Origin: an uncultured Cytophagia bacterium | Lineage (GTDB): Bacteria; Zhuqueibacterota; Zhuqueibacteria; Thermofontimicrobiales; Thermofontimicrobiaceae | Length of the DNA: 64,000 bases | Assembly (NCBI GenBank): GCA_964647995.1 | Contig: CAZYNP010000028.1 | Location: 1,151 to 65,150 of the forward strand | Direction: 5' to 3' | In this document: piece by piece, positions 46,373 to 55,910 of the stretch | Position numbering within the stretch: position 1 is the stretch's first letter | Layout of the letters: the number at the start of each line of letters is the position of its first letter | The notes under the pieces: model-generated | Told to the model about the DNA's origin: nothing | Seen by the model: the letters and a program-made list of their open reading frames with translations, nothing else | Database searches by the model: none | Program-made: the position numbers and the translations under genes

Positions 46373-47266
46373 TTAATTGTTCTGAAATGCATGAGCAAAC
46401 ACCTGAGCGAATTGTTCGATCGTTGTCGGCGTGGTGGTATCTGATGTCCGTCGGGCATCGCTCAACACCCGGCCTTCGTTCATGCTTTCCACAAATTCGT
46501 TCATGGCATTGGCCATGTTTTCGCTTAACCCCCATCCCTGGATCATTCCCAATTTCGCATCTTCATAGCTGGCTTCCATGTATTTGAGGTCAGGCTTGCC
46601 AATGGCCTGGCCCACAACCCGGGCGATTTCAGTATAGGTCACATCTCGAGGGCCGAGAACATAATGCACATTGCCCACACCCTGAAAGTCCAGCTTGAGC
46701 AGTCTCCGGGCCGCCACCTCGGCGATATCTTTGGTGGCCACCATCGGGAATCTCAAATCGGCTTTGACCGGGGAGGACATGAATCCCATCATCTTGATCA
46801 TTCCAATTTGACCAAGAATATTTTCCATAAAATAAGAGGGCCGCAGGTGCAGCACATTCAGCCCTGGGATTCGATTCAATCGTAGCTCGAGGTCGCGCAG
46901 CCCCTGAACCACTCCGGCTTTTTCTGGCAAATGAGCCCCAACACTGCTCAACGTCACTGCATAGCGAACACCATTGCCCTCGATGGCGCTGGCAATGCTT
47001 TCAGCCATCTGATTCTGATAGCTGCGATAATCATTCGTTTTAAAATTGGGGGGAATCATGGCATAAACCGCGGTGGCACCCTCAAAAGCCCCGGTCAAAA
47101 AACTGGCATCGGCAATATCACCGACGGCCGCCTCAGCGCCCAACGCCACCAGCTCGTTCACTTTTGCTTTGTCCCGACTGATAGCCCGAACTTTCTTCCC
47201 TGCCTTGAGCAATGCTTGCACGATCGGTTTGCCTGTATTTCCCGTTGATCCCATAATGACGTACAT
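46373..47266 (-). CDS. NmrA-family NAD(P)H-binding protein (atypical SDR).
   Basis: The N-terminus IMGSTGNTGKPIVQALLKAGKKVRAISRD is diagnostic. The start is taken at the ATG preceded by GGAGAT; the track ORF extends to 47296. Confidence 0.65.
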   Translation of the reverse strand: MYVIMGSTGNTGKPIVQALLKAGKKVRAISRDKAKVNELVALGAEAAVGDIADASFLTGAFEGATAVYAMIPPNFKTNDYRSYQNQMAESIASAIEGNGVRYAVTLSSVGAHLPEKAGVVQGLRDLELRLNRIPGLNVLHLRPSYFMENILGQIGMIKMMGFMSSPVKADLRFPMVATKDIAEVAARRLLKLDFQGVGNVHYVLGPRDVTYTEIARVVGQAIGKPDLKYMEASYEDAKLGMIQGWGLSENMANAMNEFVESMNEGRVLSDARRTSDTTTPTTIEQFAQVFAHAFQNN

Positions 47267-47875
47267 AATTATATCTCCTTGTTGATTTTTTCTCATGAAA
47301 TTTCATCCGACTTTTCAAAAAAGATCGGAGCGAGTTAGAGTTTAAAAAATCCGTTTCCTGTTCCCCAAATACTTCTGATTGCCTGCCCCCATCAAGCTCA
47401 ATGACCCTCTCGCCGTCAGGACAATCGACCAGGCGATGGCAATGGCCAGGCCTTTATTTTGTCCCTGCTGCGCCAAAGAGCAATTTTCGTAACATGCCCG
47501 TTATCGAACCACTCCATCCCCGATGGGATTGGAGCTGAAGCGAGCATTCACTTACCGCATTGATAAAATATGTCCCATTACCGACAGAATTATGGCACAC
47601 ACAAAGAAGAAATATGTCGCCGCCCGCCATCAGGCAGATGAAATGCAATTTTCCGATTTTCAACGTGCCGAGCCCCTGGCCTGACAAAACGCCAGTTACC
47701 CCCACTAAACCCTTTCGCGCCTGCACCGACAAAAATATCCTCCACTGACCAATCGTTGCGGTTGATATTCCCGGTCGAATTTTACCCATTCGGCAGCAGG
47801 GAATTATTTTTCTGTCCACCGAAAACCTGGCTCCTCAGCGAGGATTCCCGCAATTCATCGAAGCCAGGTACTGAA

Positions 47876-48577
47876 TCACCACCGCAAGCCAATGGCGATT
47901 GTCAAAAACTCCATGAATGGACCTGACAACTGGCAGACCCCGGCAAATCGCTCCATAAAATTGATTTCGCAGGCCTGTTGTTCATTGAACTGGCAGAAGA
48001 GATACAGGTCTTTCAACTTTAGAACCTCGATCAGCGGATGGTGCGGATCATACCCTCTGGGCGCGGTCTTGAATTTTTCCCCCTCCAGCGTGAAAGTAGC
48101 GGCAAATTTCTCATCGCCAAAAATCTGCTGCCAGCGATCGGGATGGGCGACGATAGCATCCCGAATTCTTCCCAGCGTTTCGGCATCGGGCTGCCAGACC
48201 CCAATGGCAGTGAACACGTTGTCGGGTTCCAGATGCAGATAAAAGCCCGGGGCATGGGCATCCCTGGCGCTTTCATGTCGGAACTGAATTCCCGCATGGG
48301 TTTTATAAGGACTTTTATCCGGCGAAAAGCGAACGTCCCGATAAATCCGAAACAGCGAGCCACCCATCTTGCGAGCATCAGCCTCGAAATGCGGGCTGAT
48401 TTTTGCCAGATAAGGGGCAAAATCGGCTATAAATCTGAGCAGTGGCTCTCGCACCACTGCCTCGTAGCGATCCTTGTTTTCCTCGAACCAGGCTCGGTCG
48501 TTATTCAGCTTCAACTCTCTCAAAAAATCAAACAGCGCAGGGGTAATGTAAGGTGAAAAATTTTGATGATCGTTCAT
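47876..48577 (-). CDS. DUF2461 (TIGR02453) family protein.
   Basis: The N-terminal FDFLRELKLNNDRAWFEENKDRY motif and the R(I)YRDVRFSPDKSPYK motif are characteristic of this family. Confidence 0.6.
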   Translation of the reverse strand: MNDHQNFSPYITPALFDFLRELKLNNDRAWFEENKDRYEAVVREPLLRFIADFAPYLAKISPHFEADARKMGGSLFRIYRDVRFSPDKSPYKTHAGIQFRHESARDAHAPGFYLHLEPDNVFTAIGVWQPDAETLGRIRDAIVAHPDRWQQIFGDEKFAATFTLEGEKFKTAPRGYDPHHPLIEVLKLKDLYLFCQFNEQQACEINFMERFAGVCQLSGPFMEFLTIAIGLRW

Positions 48578-48747
48578 GGTCTCGTTTCCTTTGGATATTT
48601 TAATTCCATTCAAAATTTCCAATATCCAAAAATCAAAACTCAAATAAATTTCAATCCTCAATGCTCAAAATTCCAAAAAGTGTGCTTTATTGAAATTTTG
48701 GGATTGAATATTATTTGTTGTTTGTTTTTTGTGGTTTGAAATTTCAG

Positions 48748-49713
48748 CTAAAAGCGTTTTGTATAACCATGACAATACGGATGATGCCCCGTCTTCTGAT
48801 AGTAGGATTGGTGGTACCGCTCCGCCTCCCAGAACGTATCCGCCTTCGTTAATTGCGTAGCCACTTTGTAACCTTTGTCCTTCAAAATTTGGATTAGCTT
48901 CTCCGCAATCTGCTTTTGCTCCTCATTCACATAAAAAATCTCGGAGCGATATTGCTGGCCAATATCAGGCCCCTGGCGATTGACCTGAGTGGGATCGTGA
49001 ATTTCAAAAAACAGTCGAGCTAAAGTTTCAAAATCGGTCTGGGACGGATCGAACACGACCTCCATGGTCTCGGCATGGCCTGTATTGCCTTCGCAGACAT
49101 CGTCGTAGGTGGGATTTTTCAGATGTCCACCCATATAGCCCACTCGGGTGGAGAGCACGCCTTTTTCTTTTTGAAAGAAATATTCCACGCCCCAAAAACA
49201 GCCGCCGGCAAAATAGGCTTTTTCAGTTTTCACTTCTGCTTTTGTTTTTTCATCAGCAGGAATGAAATTCATCGAGATCGAATTCACGCAATGTCGGGTA
49301 TTCTTGGCGGTAAATCCTTCTCCCAAAAATACATGCCCGAGGTGACCGCCGCAGTTGGCGCAGACGATTTCGGTGCGAATGCCATCGGCATCGGGAATTC
49401 GCTTTACCGCTCCAGGGATTTCATCATCGAAGCTGGGCCAGCCACAGCCCGAATCGAATTTGTCTTCGGAGCGATACAGCGGCGCCCCACATTGCTTGCA
49501 CGTGTAAGTCCCCTTTTCTTTGTGATTGTAATACTTGCCCGTAAACGGCCTCTCCGTCCCTTTGTGAAGAATCACCCGTTGTTCCTCTGGAGTCAATTGA
49601 TTGTACTTCATACCACTATCCTGCTTTGTTTTATCCTGTGAAATTAAACTGATCGCAGCTATTGATACGACCAAAATCATCATAGAAATGATAATTGTTT
49701 TCATTTTAATCAC
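48748..49713 (-). CDS. msrAB: Bifunctional peptide-methionine sulfoxide reductase (MsrB-MsrA fusion) with a signal peptide.
   Basis: The MsrB zinc site is CKQCGAPLY...CANCGGHLGHVF and its catalytic region is GCGWPSF. The MsrA motif is GGCFWG. Confidence 0.8.
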   Translation of the reverse strand: MIKMKTIIISMMILVVSIAAISLISQDKTKQDSGMKYNQLTPEEQRVILHKGTERPFTGKYYNHKEKGTYTCKQCGAPLYRSEDKFDSGCGWPSFDDEIPGAVKRIPDADGIRTEIVCANCGGHLGHVFLGEGFTAKNTRHCVNSISMNFIPADEKTKAEVKTEKAYFAGGCFWGVEYFFQKEKGVLSTRVGYMGGHLKNPTYDDVCEGNTGHAETMEVVFDPSQTDFETLARLFFEIHDPTQVNRQGPDIGQQYRSEIFYVNEEQKQIAEKLIQILKDKGYKVATQLTKADTFWEAERYHQSYYQKTGHHPYCHGYTKRF

Positions 49714-49998
49714 CTGCCATTAATAACCTTTCAAAGGTTTAAAGCCTTCGACAGGGTTAGTTCAATATTTAATTGCATTGTCGAAAGAAATTCTCCAACG
49801 GATTGAAACAAGCCAACTGATTAGATAACTATTTATAAATCCGTTGGGTTGTTTCTATCCGTTAGTAAAAAGCTTGGCTTGCTTTCAGGATCTCAAAAAA
49901 ACTCCTTATGCAATTTCCATTATCCCAATCCCTTTTTTGCCATTTTTCACATCCTCAAACTATTTCTATCTGCCGTTTCACGATTCACCTAATCCACA

Positions 49999-50850
49999 TC
50001 ACGATTTTATAAACGTCCCATTCCGATATTCCTGGAACGCCACCATCAATTCCTCATCCGTATTCATCACAATCGGCCCGCGCCAGGCGATGGGCTCGTT
50101 CAATGGCTTGCCCGAAACCCATAGAAACCGAACAGGATCCGCCTGGGTCTGAATCTTGACCCTATCCCCCTGGGTGAAAACAATTAGATGATCGGCCTGA
50201 ACGGAGTCAGCGCTATCGGGATCGAAATAACCGCTGCCCTGAAACACAAAAGCAAACGTCTTGTAATCGGGTTTGGTAGCGATTTCTAATTCCGCATGTG
50301 GAGCGATGGCGACATCAAAATATTCGGTATCCACCACCAAATCCTGAACAGGGCCGTTCGTGCCATTCATTTGTCCTGCAATTATTTTAATCTTCACATT
50401 GGGATTGGGCGAAAACTCGGGGATGGTCTCGCTCCTGACATCCCGATACCTGGGTGCCATCATTTTATGCGACTTCGGCAGATTGACCCAGAGCTGAAAT
50501 CCCCGCATCTCTCCCTCAAATCGTTTTGGCATTTCCTGATGAATGATGCCGCTGCCCGCTGTCATCCATTGCACATCGCCCGAGTAGATCACCCCCCTGT
50601 TGCCCAGGCTATCGCCATGTTCCACCTCGCCCGCCAGCATGTAGGTCACCGTCTCGATCCCCCGATGCGGATGCCAGGGAAAGCCAGCGAGATAGTCCTC
50701 GGGATCATCCGATCCGAAATGATCGAGCAAAAGAAACGGATCGAGCAACGGCTTTTCATAATAGCCGAACACCCGCTTCAATTTCACCCCTGCTCCTTCG
50801 AGGGTCGGCTTGCTTTTTAGAATCTGATTAATTTTTCGGAATCCATTCAT
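49999..50850 (-). CDS. Pirin family cupin protein.
   Basis: It has the HPHRGIETVTYMLAG...H motif. Confidence 0.75.
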   Translation of the reverse strand: MNGFRKINQILKSKPTLEGAGVKLKRVFGYYEKPLLDPFLLLDHFGSDDPEDYLAGFPWHPHRGIETVTYMLAGEVEHGDSLGNRGVIYSGDVQWMTAGSGIIHQEMPKRFEGEMRGFQLWVNLPKSHKMMAPRYRDVRSETIPEFSPNPNVKIKIIAGQMNGTNGPVQDLVVDTEYFDVAIAPHAELEIATKPDYKTFAFVFQGSGYFDPDSADSVQADHLIVFTQGDRVKIQTQADPVRFLWVSGKPLNEPIAWRGPIVMNTDEELMVAFQEYRNGTFIKS

Positions 50851-50933
50851 GGTCTATTTCCTTTGACATTTTTAATTTCAGTTTAGGCGTCACCTGATCG
50901 AAAGAGTCGTAGCCGATAACAAGATGAAAACGG

Positions 50934-51488
50934 TTATTTAAACACCACTCTGGCCGTCGCATCTTCTTTGTAAAAAATCTCATGTCCATCCACCCATTGG
51001 CCGTTCTGAAGATATTGTGATTTACTATGCATTCTGCCATCGGGCAGCAACTCCCCAATGGCCTTCACTTCGGTGATGCCATTCGGATTGCCCGTCACCA
51101 GTTCGTGGCTGATCAATTTTTCCCCATCCACGGTAAATGTGCCGGTCGTGTAGAATCCTGCTGTGGTAAAATAAAAAAACAACAGTTGCTGTTTGTCCCT
51201 GTCCCAATAAATAATGGTCTCGCCACCATAGCTTCCATCATTGACCGAATGCATTATCCTGATGGCCTGACCATTCAGAATCAGTTCCCAGCGAGAGACA
51301 TCTACCATCGGTTTTTCGGCGGTGGCGTTGGCAAATTCACCCCGCCAGGTCTTGCCCACGAACGGCAGAAAAGGCTTCAGATGCTCATTGACCACAGGTT
51401 GATCGCTGGCAGGCTGGGCTTGTTGACCGTAAGCCGAAGCCGATATGAGCATTCCCAGCATCAGACTAACAAAAAAATGCTTATTCAT
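50934..51488 (-). CDS. Secreted hypothetical protein (184 aa).
   Basis: It has a signal peptide (MNKHFFVSLMLGMLISASAYG) and is beta-rich. I recognise no motifs. Confidence 0.45.
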   Translation of the reverse strand: MNKHFFVSLMLGMLISASAYGQQAQPASDQPVVNEHLKPFLPFVGKTWRGEFANATAEKPMVDVSRWELILNGQAIRIMHSVNDGSYGGETIIYWDRDKQQLLFFYFTTAGFYTTGTFTVDGEKLISHELVTGNPNGITEVKAIGELLPDGRMHSKSQYLQNGQWVDGHEIFYKEDATARVVFK

Positions 51489-52007
51489 CCATTCCTCCCT
51501 CAGTTAATATTGCTTAACGCCACCTGGCATAAGTTAAACGATCCAGGTTCGCACTTGCTCCCACCGAACTGAACTCCCATCGAAAAATTTTGTTTTAAAG
51601 TCCCCATACCTTGCCAGGTATTTCATCACAACTCAATTTCTCACCCACATATTTTCACCAGGTGCCATGCCATATCCCCCAAACTCCTTGCGCTATCACT
51701 TCCGCTTGCCTCGCTCGAAGTCGGAGTTTTGGAGCAATGGAGTGCTGCGGATTTCTAACTGTCATTCATTACTCCATCACTCCAATGCTTCATCACTACA
51801 TCATTTCAAAACCATGCATCTAAATTTTCAAATCAAAATGACAGGGTCGACTCCAGATAGCAACAGGCAGCCGACCCTGTCTGTGCGGAGGGTAGTTCTT
51901 CTATTTGCAACTCGATTTCGAGCCAGCACTATCCGAGTAAATCAGCTTTGCCCGCTCATTTCAGGAATTATGCCAATTGCTCCAATTTCTCGATTGGCCA
52001 ATTAGCG

Positions 52008-52138
52008 AAATTCGTTTCGTTAGTGCAATTAGCGGTCTCATCGAGTCTACCACCGATGTCACCACTAACCCGAGTCACACACTCCGCCTCATCAGAAAAT
52101 TAGCGGAATTCGTTTAATTGGCGTCATTAGCGGTCCAC
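52008..52138. repeat. Two copies (A1 at 52008-52049, A2 at 52096-52138) of an AATTAGCG-rich short repeat family; orientation is inverted relative to the B copies at 55184-55470.
   Basis: A1 is ccaattagcgaaattcgtttcgttagtgcaattagcggtctc. A2 is aaaattagcggaattcgtttaattggcgtcattagcggtccac. Both share AATTAGCGRAATTCG and ATTAGCGGTC with the B elements. Confidence 0.7.
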
Positions 52139-52159
52139 TTTGGCCGTCGCTTCCCCTTA

Positions 52160-52768
52160 TCACTTCATCGCCGCATGAAATTTCTCCGCCACGGCCTTCC
52201 AATTGACCACATTCCACCAGGCCTCGATGTAATCGGGACGTCGGTTCTGGTATTTCAAATAGTAGGCGTGTTCCCAGACATCGATGCCCAGGATCGGCGT
52301 CATCCCCTCGCTGATCGGGCTATCCTGATTGGCCGTGCTGCTCACCATCAAGCGACCAGCTTTGACGCTCAGCCAGGCCCAGCCGCTGCCAAAGCGGGTG
52401 GCTGCGGCATTGGAAAATTTTTCTCTAAACGCCTTAAAATCGCCAAACTCTTTTTTGATCGCCGCTGCTAGATCGCCTGTCGGTTCACCGCCTGCGTTTT
52501 TCGCCATAATTTCCCAGAATAATATATGGTTCACATGGCCGCCGCCGTTGTTCCGAACCGCCGTGCGTATGGCCTCGGGCACAGCGTTCAAATCTGCCAA
52601 TAATTTTTCCACGCTATCAGCTTGAAAATTGGCCGATTCCAGCGCTTTATTCAAATTGGTGGTATAAGCCACATGATGCTTGTCATGATGAATCTCCATG
52701 GTGCGCGCATCGATATAGGGTTCTAAGGCATCATAAGCATAATGTAAATTCGGTGTCTTGAAATTCAT
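52160..52768 (-). CDS. sod: Fe/Mn superoxide dismutase.
   Basis: [25 protein letters not shown], the metal-ligand motifs and the C-terminal DVWEHAYY are present. Confidence 0.85.
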   Translation of the reverse strand: MNFKTPNLHYAYDALEPYIDARTMEIHHDKHHVAYTTNLNKALESANFQADSVEKLLADLNAVPEAIRTAVRNNGGGHVNHILFWEIMAKNAGGEPTGDLAAAIKKEFGDFKAFREKFSNAAATRFGSGWAWLSVKAGRLMVSSTANQDSPISEGMTPILGIDVWEHAYYLKYQNRRPDYIEAWWNVVNWKAVAEKFHAAMK

Positions 52769-53007
52769 AATTTGCTCCTTCTATGTTTTGATTCATGTTT
52801 TCATCTTAAAAATTTTTTCCAACGGATTGATGAAGCCAACGGATAATTTTATTAATATCATTTTCTCAGATTTAGCATCAACATCCACATCCAATTAGCC
52901 GATCCACCTGTCATCGTCCCCCTTTTGGAGGATGCCAGTGGGATGTTATTCATCTTGAAACAGGGGAATTAACATCTATGAGTGCAATTTAACTCAATAT
53001 CATTGAA

Positions 53008-53032
53008 ATACCAGACCAAATTGGTCTTATTT
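53008..53032. promoter_or_regulatory. Operator-like palindrome ATACCAGACCAAATTGGTCTTATTT (core AGACCAA-A-TTGGTCT) in the sod upstream region; a near-copy lies at 55911..55935.
   Basis: It is a 15-bp perfect inverted repeat, and 21 of 25 positions match the site directly upstream of the Rrf2 regulator gene. Confidence 0.45.
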
Positions 53033-53064
53033 GTGTAGAAAAAAATTTCTCAATCACGATTAAA

Positions 53065-53159
53065 AACGATTACTAAACCTGAAAAGTTTAGTAATCGTTG
53101 TCCCCTGTTATTTGGAGGTACAATTACCAAACTTGAAAAGTTTGGTAATTGTACCTCCC
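53065..53159. other. Two adjacent perfect hairpins (14-bp and 19-bp stems) with near-identical 7-nt loops (cTGAAAA / tTGAAAA), lying 3' of the RNA ligase gene.
   Basis: The first is aacgattactaaac ctgaaaa gtttagtaatcgtt. The second is ggaggtacaattaccaaac ttgaaaa gtttggtaattgtacctcc. On the minus strand the first is followed by a T-rich run, so it may act as a terminator. Confidence 0.6.
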
Positions 53160-53208
53160 CACTTGTTTCTCCCCAATTACCCAGTTACCCAATTACCTAA
53201 TCACCCAA

Positions 53209-54219
53209 CTACTCTTCATATTTCAACAAAAACTCAGGATTCACGACCTTGAAGCTCAGCCTTCCCAATTCAGGATCTTGCGCCTCGACAACGGGTCGGA
53301 TGACAATGCCTTCCCTGGGAATATCGGGATTGAGCACGCTTTTGTCATTGGACAGCGCCACCAGACCATCCACATCGTGCGTACCCAGGATGTAATCGTC
53401 GCGAATAATGGGCACGGTCTCGAATCCTGCCTCTCTGGCCAGGGCCACAAATTCCTCATAATTCAAATAGACAAAGCGATCGATGTCGAAGATGCTATAG
53501 ATCAGCACCTGGTGGCCAGGCAGTTTATATTTATTGCCCTGAATTTTCGGTCCCAGTATCTCCCCCTGAAAGGCGATGTTGCGATGGAGCTTTCGCAGTT
53601 TGCCCTCGATGTCGTGCAAGCGAGCGACCATCCAGTGGATATTGGTCTCGGTCTCCAGCAACTCCAGATTGCGAGAGCAAACGCCAAACTCACTATCCCG
53701 AATGTAATAGGTGGCGCTGGTGCCATCCACCTTTTCGGTAATATAGCAACGCTGGCCCACGTTTTCAGGTCGGGTGAGCACATCGGGCACGGATTGGATG
53801 CGCATCTCGTCGGTTTTGGGGATGAACCCAGGGAAACTGCCTTTTACCTGGCCGCTGGTCATCACGGCTGGCGGCGGCTCATATTTTTTAATTCCCAGCA
53901 GCTCGGTGACATCCATTCCCTCGCTGATCGGAACGTTTTCCAGCTCTTTGATCTGATGAATAGGAAAAGCAATGCCCTGCGAAATCTGTCCCCGCAGCTT
54001 CACGGTCTTGATCCTGAACTTCCGTGGCCGCAAAAATTCATATTCGGGCTTTTCGGGCAACATGCTGTCGATCTCACAATAGACGCAATAGTCACCCACT
54101 TTGAAATCTCCCTTCTTGACCACCAGTTGCCAGCCCAGCACGGTGGCCTTTTCAATCTTGTCCGCCTCGGGAATTGGCTCCAGACTTTTGATCCGCTGGA
54201 TCGTAGCTAATTTTCTCAT
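53209..54219 (-). CDS. ATP-dependent RNA ligase of the Rnl5 family (DraRnl/NgrRnl-type; TIGR02306-like).
   Basis: It has the N-terminal OB-like domain MRKLATIQRI...ADKIEKATVLGWQLVVKKGDFKVGDYCVYCEIDS and the nucleotidyltransferase motif I ITEKVDGTS with Lys at about residue 163. At 336 aa both the size and the lysine position match DraRnl (342 aa, Lys165) as I recall it. Confidence 0.7.
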   Translation of the reverse strand: MRKLATIQRIKSLEPIPEADKIEKATVLGWQLVVKKGDFKVGDYCVYCEIDSMLPEKPEYEFLRPRKFRIKTVKLRGQISQGIAFPIHQIKELENVPISEGMDVTELLGIKKYEPPPAVMTSGQVKGSFPGFIPKTDEMRIQSVPDVLTRPENVGQRCYITEKVDGTSATYYIRDSEFGVCSRNLELLETETNIHWMVARLHDIEGKLRKLHRNIAFQGEILGPKIQGNKYKLPGHQVLIYSIFDIDRFVYLNYEEFVALAREAGFETVPIIRDDYILGTHDVDGLVALSNDKSVLNPDIPREGIVIRPVVEAQDPELGRLSFKVVNPEFLLKYEE

Positions 54220-54254
54220 TTTTAGACTCCTTTTTCGTCTTGAGTGCCTTTTTT

Positions 54255-54598
54255 AAATATTTTCTCTCCCAGAAACGATATCCCACCGAAATGAATTTTT
54301 AGAATTTTTATTATCAGGGAAGCGGCTTCCTATTACCCTCTATTACCGAATTGCCCAATTATTTTAAAATATTTTTTCCCACAGAAATGAAATCCCACCG
54401 AAATGGATTTTTAGAATTTTTATTATCAGGGAAGTGGCTTCCTATTACCCTATTACCGAATTGCCCAATTATCTTAAAGTATTTTTTCCCACAGAAATTA
54501 AATCCCACCGAAATGAATTTTTAGAATTTTTATTATCAGGGAACGGGCTTCCTATTAACTTATTACCCTATTACCCAATTACCTAATTGCCCAATCCC
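54255..54598. repeat. Tandem array of three units of about 114 bp, each containing TTTTCCCACAGAAATGAAATCCCACCGAAATG, TTTTTAGAATTTTTATTATCAGGGAAGYGGCTTCC and CCTATTACCGAATTGCCCAATTA.
   Basis: The units are at 54255-54370, 54371-54480 and 54481-54598 and are more than 90% identical. The array lies between the trx-like stop (54599) and the RNA ligase start (54219). Confidence 0.8.
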
Positions 54599-55228
54599 CT
54601 AACGACCCGATTTCCACTTGATATTACACCCAATACTTGGTTTTTGATCCTGGCTCACGGGCTTGCCAGCGATGATGGCCTCCAGCGCCGCCCGAAGGTC
54701 TTCGCCCGTTACAGGAATATCATTACTGGGCCGAGAGTCATCCATCTGGCCCCGATAGACCAATTTCAAATCTTTATCGAAAACATAAAAATCAGGCGTA
54801 CAGGCGGCCAGATAGGCACGGGCGACCTCCTGGGATTCGTCGTAAAGATAAGGGAACGGATAACCGAACTGCTTCGCCACTTTTTTCATCTCTGCTGGAG
54901 AATCTTCGGGGTAGCCCTGCACATCGTTGGAGCTAATGGCAATGAATGAAATTCCTTTCGACAGGTAATCCTTTGCCAATTGCACCAACCCTGTTCGAAC
55001 GTGCTTAACAAACGGGCAATGATTGCAAATAAACATCACTACTGTCGCCGTATCCGATTTTAGCTCTTGCAACGATAGTACTTTTCCAGAAATGGTATCG
55101 GGCAATTTGAAATCAGGCGCCGATGTTCCCAACGGCATCATGTTCGATGGCGTGACTGCCATTTGTTCCTCCGCTTTATTTGTGACCGCTAATTTCGCGA
55201 ACGAGACGAATTTCGCTAATTGGCGCAA
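54599..55228 (-). CDS. Thioredoxin-fold protein (AhpC/TSA-redoxin/TlpA-like) with a CxxC motif (CNHCPF).
   Basis: APDFKL...VVMFICNHCPFV is a redoxin-type motif. The start may be the internal Met (MAVTPSNMMPLG). Confidence 0.6.
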   Translation of the reverse strand: MRQLAKFVSFAKLAVTNKAEEQMAVTPSNMMPLGTSAPDFKLPDTISGKVLSLQELKSDTATVVMFICNHCPFVKHVRTGLVQLAKDYLSKGISFIAISSNDVQGYPEDSPAEMKKVAKQFGYPFPYLYDESQEVARAYLAACTPDFYVFDKDLKLVYRGQMDDSRPSNDIPVTGEDLRAALEAIIAGKPVSQDQKPSIGCNIKWKSGR

Positions 55229-55470
55229 TTAGATTAATTCGCGAAATTAGCGGTCAACTGTATTCGTCCAAAGCAATTGCTGTCGACAGAGCAAAAGATT
55301 TCTGACCGCTAATTTCGCTAATTGATAAGAATTTCGCCAATTGATGATTGGCCTGCATTTCGATTCGTAAATCTATGAAGCCATGCATTTTTGTTTGTAC
55401 CCCAATCACTTCAAACTCAAAAATTAATAATTCGCGCAATTAGATTAATTCGCGAAATTAGCGGTCAACC
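55184..55470. repeat. MITE-like palindromic elements with 18-bp terminal inverted repeats GACCGCTAATTTCGCGAA / TTCGCGAAATTAGCGGTC. B1 (55184-55258) is a 75-bp complete element. B2 (55304-55351) and B3 (55429-55470) may be the two ends of a 167-bp element.
   Basis: The terminal inverted repeats are perfect. The right half of B1 and B3 are identical over 37 nt. The family is shared with the A copies at 52008-52138. Confidence 0.7.
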
Positions 55471-55476
55471 CAGAAT

Positions 55477-55902
55477 TCAATAGCTTGTGGAAAATTTCTT
55501 CTCAAAATCTTTGAGCGTAATTTCATCCAATAAATTGACCAATTTCGATTGAATGTCCTCCATGGATTTTCGGATCAGGCAATTGCGCTCCCGCTCGCAG
55601 ACCGTTTCCTCGTCAGCATCCAGGCAATCGGCGATAGCAATTGGGCCGTCAATAGCCGTGATCACCGAGGAAATATTGATGCGATCGATGGGCTGGGCTA
55701 AGTAATAGCCCCCTTTTACACCTTGCACAGAGATCACCATTCCACTTTTCACCAGGCTCTGCAGAATTTTTCCCATCAGCTCCAGCGAAATGTTATATTT
55801 ATCCGATAGCTCCCGTGCAGTTGTCAACTCATCAGGCGATTTCTTTGCCATGTGCAGGAGGGCGATCAAAGCGTATTCCACTTTTTTGCTGAATTTCATC
55901 AT
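55477..55902 (-). CDS. Rrf2-family transcriptional regulator (IscR/NsrR-like) with three candidate Fe-S ligand cysteines.
   Basis: The N-terminal HTH is KKVEYALIALLHMAK...LTTARELS and a GG(Y)YLA-like region is present. Cysteines lie in ...ADCLDADEETVCERERNCLI. Confidence 0.7.
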   Translation of the reverse strand: MMKFSKKVEYALIALLHMAKKSPDELTTARELSDKYNISLELMGKILQSLVKSGMVISVQGVKGGYYLAQPIDRINISSVITAIDGPIAIADCLDADEETVCERERNCLIRKSMEDIQSKLVNLLDEITLKDFEKKFSTSY

Positions 55903-55910
55903 CAGAAGTT

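Noticed and set aside
53149-54210. 353-aa plus-strand ORF antisense to the RNA ligase gene.
   Set aside because: It is low-complexity and has no motifs. It fully overlaps a minus-strand ORF with strong family signatures (KxDG). It is a typical antisense shadow ORF.
54255-54598. Tandem 114-bp repeats and the 33-bp repeats at 59911-60043 considered as a CRISPR array.
   Set aside because: The units are contiguous with no unique spacers. Their lengths and internal structure do not fit a CRISPR repeat-spacer architecture, and no cas genes are nearby.
51950-55480. Interpreting the AATTAGCG-rich palindromic repeats as IS elements or transposon ends.
   Set aside because: No transposase ORF lies between or near them and the elements are only 40-170 bp. 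A MITE/REP-like non-autonomous element is the more conservative reading.
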